This document shows, piece by piece, positions 30,143-32,081 of a stretch of DNA of 32,081 bases. Below the pieces are notes generated by a model that was not told the DNA's origin, ran no database searches, and saw nothing but the letters and a program-made list of their open reading frames with translations. Location of the stretch: NCBI RefSeq assembly GCF_001194135.2, contig NC_069004.1, positions 17,446,131 to 17,478,211 on the forward strand, given 5' to 3'. This DNA comes from Octopus bimaculoides (Eukaryota). Positions within the stretch are counted from its first letter, which is position 1; every line of letters begins with the position of its first letter. The translations under genes and the position numbers were made by a program.

Positions 30143-30360
30143 GGAAGATGAATCCTTGCCTGAAATCGTTGAACAATAGCCAAGCAAAAGCACACGCACA
30201 TTGTCGTCAGAGCTTAGTCCTTCACAAACCATCGCTAATCGGCACTTCTGTGAGCTCGGCCTTGTGAGCATACGCTGTCAAGAAGCTCCCCATTAACTAA
30301 ATAATGACCAGGCTCAATGACATGTGAACATTTGCAAACGACTGCTGGCAAATGCATATA
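30143..30360 (+). mobile_element. Mariner-like transposase N-terminal remnant
   Basis: LPEIVEQ*PSKSTRTLSSELSPSQTIANRHFCELGLV...APH*LNNDQAQ*HVNICKRLL resembles the HTH plus WVPHEL..Q...C..LL linker of mariner transposases. Confidence 0.6.
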
Positions 30361-31058
30361 GGGATATGTGGTCAGAAAATGTTTCTAATTTTTTCTTTCC
30401 ACAAACTACATGACACAAGTGAGGTTGGAAGAATGATAAAAGAAAAACGTTTTATTAAAATGTTCAAACCTGTTCTGAACTGAAATAACAGCAATAATAT
30501 AACAACCAGTTAATAATGACGTCGATTAAAAAATATCTTTAACATATGACTATAAACAAATTACAGAAGACTCCCACCGATTGAAATAGAAACAATCGAA
30601 ACCAAGTTTGCTCACCCATAAAATCATTACATGTAAACCGCAAGCTAATTGGTTAAAATAAAGGCAGGATTTATGCCAGTAATATCGGTGCGCCCGGCAA
30701 ACCTTGGCGTTTAAGTTGCATACTGATTGTTCAAAACTGTATTCGAAAAATTCAGCTTGCTGGAGCCTTCAAAAAGGTATAAAAACGAAGAAGTCAGTCA
30801 TTTTACTACAGTTGTCAAGAACTCAACTGTCAGTTAAATACATTTTGAAATCTGATGATTACTGCAAACGTATGAAAGCACTAATTGAGCTTTATGAACA
30901 TTACAAAATATTTCTGTTTAATGTTTAACACACTTTAACATTGTAAAACGTGAAAACCTGACCATGTTGTAACTTTATTCAACTGACATATTATTCTATA
31001 CACATTTACAAAATTCGTATTGTGTGTGTGTGCGCGTGTACACACACAGACATATATG

Positions 31059-32081
31059 CAGGGTGTTCCAAAATCAAGGCAACCAATTTTTTTCAATTTT
31101 GCCAAAGCAAAATGTTGTTATATTTCGGGTCCGAGCATTGCAATGCAGTGGTAAAGGAACTACAATTATGACACTGCCACATTTATTCGATATGACAACT
31201 TCTGTTTCGAATCACAGCCTTAAGTCTAGATGCGAATGCTTCACACGCGGCATGCAGCTGTTCTTGTGGAATCGATGCCCATTCTTGGTGCAGTTTTGCC
31301 TTCAGATCGTTGAGCGAAGCATGAGAAGTGCTCGAGGCCCTCGTCTCCCAAATAGACCAAACAAAAATCCAACGGGTTGAGATCGGGGCTTCTTGAGGGT
31401 CATATATCCTTGCCTGTGAACTATACGATGTTTTTATGAATCCGGTGTTGTGTCTGTTTGGGGGTGTGGTATGGTGCCGAGTCCTGTTGGAGGCTGCAAG
31501 CTGCGCTTTGAAATTGCTCATTCGCCCATGGAAGCAGTTCAGCTTCTAGAATATCGCTAATAACACCCGAGGGCACAAAATGAGGGGAGGCATTCCGGTG
31601 GCTGTCACAAATCATAACTGACTGTAGATCTTGACGTCGATTTACGAATCTACTCTCGACGGAGCCAGATACACTTCATAGTCGGTCATTCTGGTGGTTT
31701 ACTGTCCGTTTGATATCAAATTTCTTTTCATCAGTGAACACCAGTTTGGGCAGCGCGCCCTCAGCAATCTGACACAAGATAAGATGACTTCTCTCCAGTA
31801 TCATGGGTGAGCTCATGACAGCGGGTCGTATTGTAGGGGTGTGTCTTGAGATCCTCCTTCAGCACATGGTACATCGATGTTCGACTTATTTTTGTTGTGA
31901 CAGTTTTCTGATAGAACGAGGATTTCGCCGTATCTTTCCTCTGGTACTTTTGATAGGCTGTGGGATCTGCACATTTTTTTTTTCGGTCACCTCCAGGTCG
32001 ATCAGCGGTGGAACCAGTCTCTTGAAATTTCTTGACAATTTTCCAGAATGTTGTTCGGTTAATTTTAAGCTTTTTTGCTAT
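31059..32081 (-). mobile_element. DD37D (maT-type) Tc1/mariner transposon, decayed, cut by the window edge
   Basis: TIR start CAGGGTGTTCC at 31059. Catalytic motifs FTDEK (~31730), QQDSAP and SPDLNPLD, with 37 residues between the second and third D. C-terminus RLKAVIRNRSCHIE* (stop 31183-31185). Internal stops and frameshifts. Confidence 0.9.

Noticed and set aside
30704-31005. ORF 30704-30928 and a possible mariner TIR near 30985-31002 closing the 30143 fragment
   Set aside because: The intervening sequence shows no catalytic motifs and the partner TIR would lie in the N-gap, so it cannot be supported.

Overview
Eukaryotic, AT-rich, repeat-saturated DNA with six N-gaps (~2.6 kb in total). 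I recognise no host protein-coding gene, rRNA, true tRNA or CRISPR array. The SINE families and (TACA)n/(TA)n density look like an Octopus (coleoid cephalopod) genome; this is inference from recalled repeat consensus, not a search. Content: about 25 copies of three tRNA-headed SINE families (my labels A, B, C); decayed L1/Tx1-like LINE pieces (8.5-11.5 kb); an RT-deleted RTE-clade LINE ending in three C2H2 fingers (12.6-14.4 kb); four 3' fragments of restriction-like-endonuclease (R4/Dong-like) LINEs; two further RTE-like fragments; two hAT derivatives; a DD37D (maT) transposon at the right edge plus Tc1/mariner scraps; three minisatellites; many microsatellites. Best leads: (1) two unrelated fold-back palindromes that each carry an opposite-strand pair of minimal hammerhead ribozyme motifs (an intact pair at 15663-15944, a decayed pair at 2175-2340), with the same geometry; (2) a 34-bp minisatellite amplified from inside LINE ORF2; (3) R4-like fragments whose 5' junctions abut (TACA)n; (4) the triple-zinc-finger RTE derivative; (5) a SINE-in-SINE-plus-LINE nest at 25.5-26.5 kb; (6) a unique CpG-rich island at 28.0-28.6 kb. 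All translations and alignments were done by eye. Boundaries of decayed elements are approximate (+/-10-30 bp), and family names are motif-based, not database hits.
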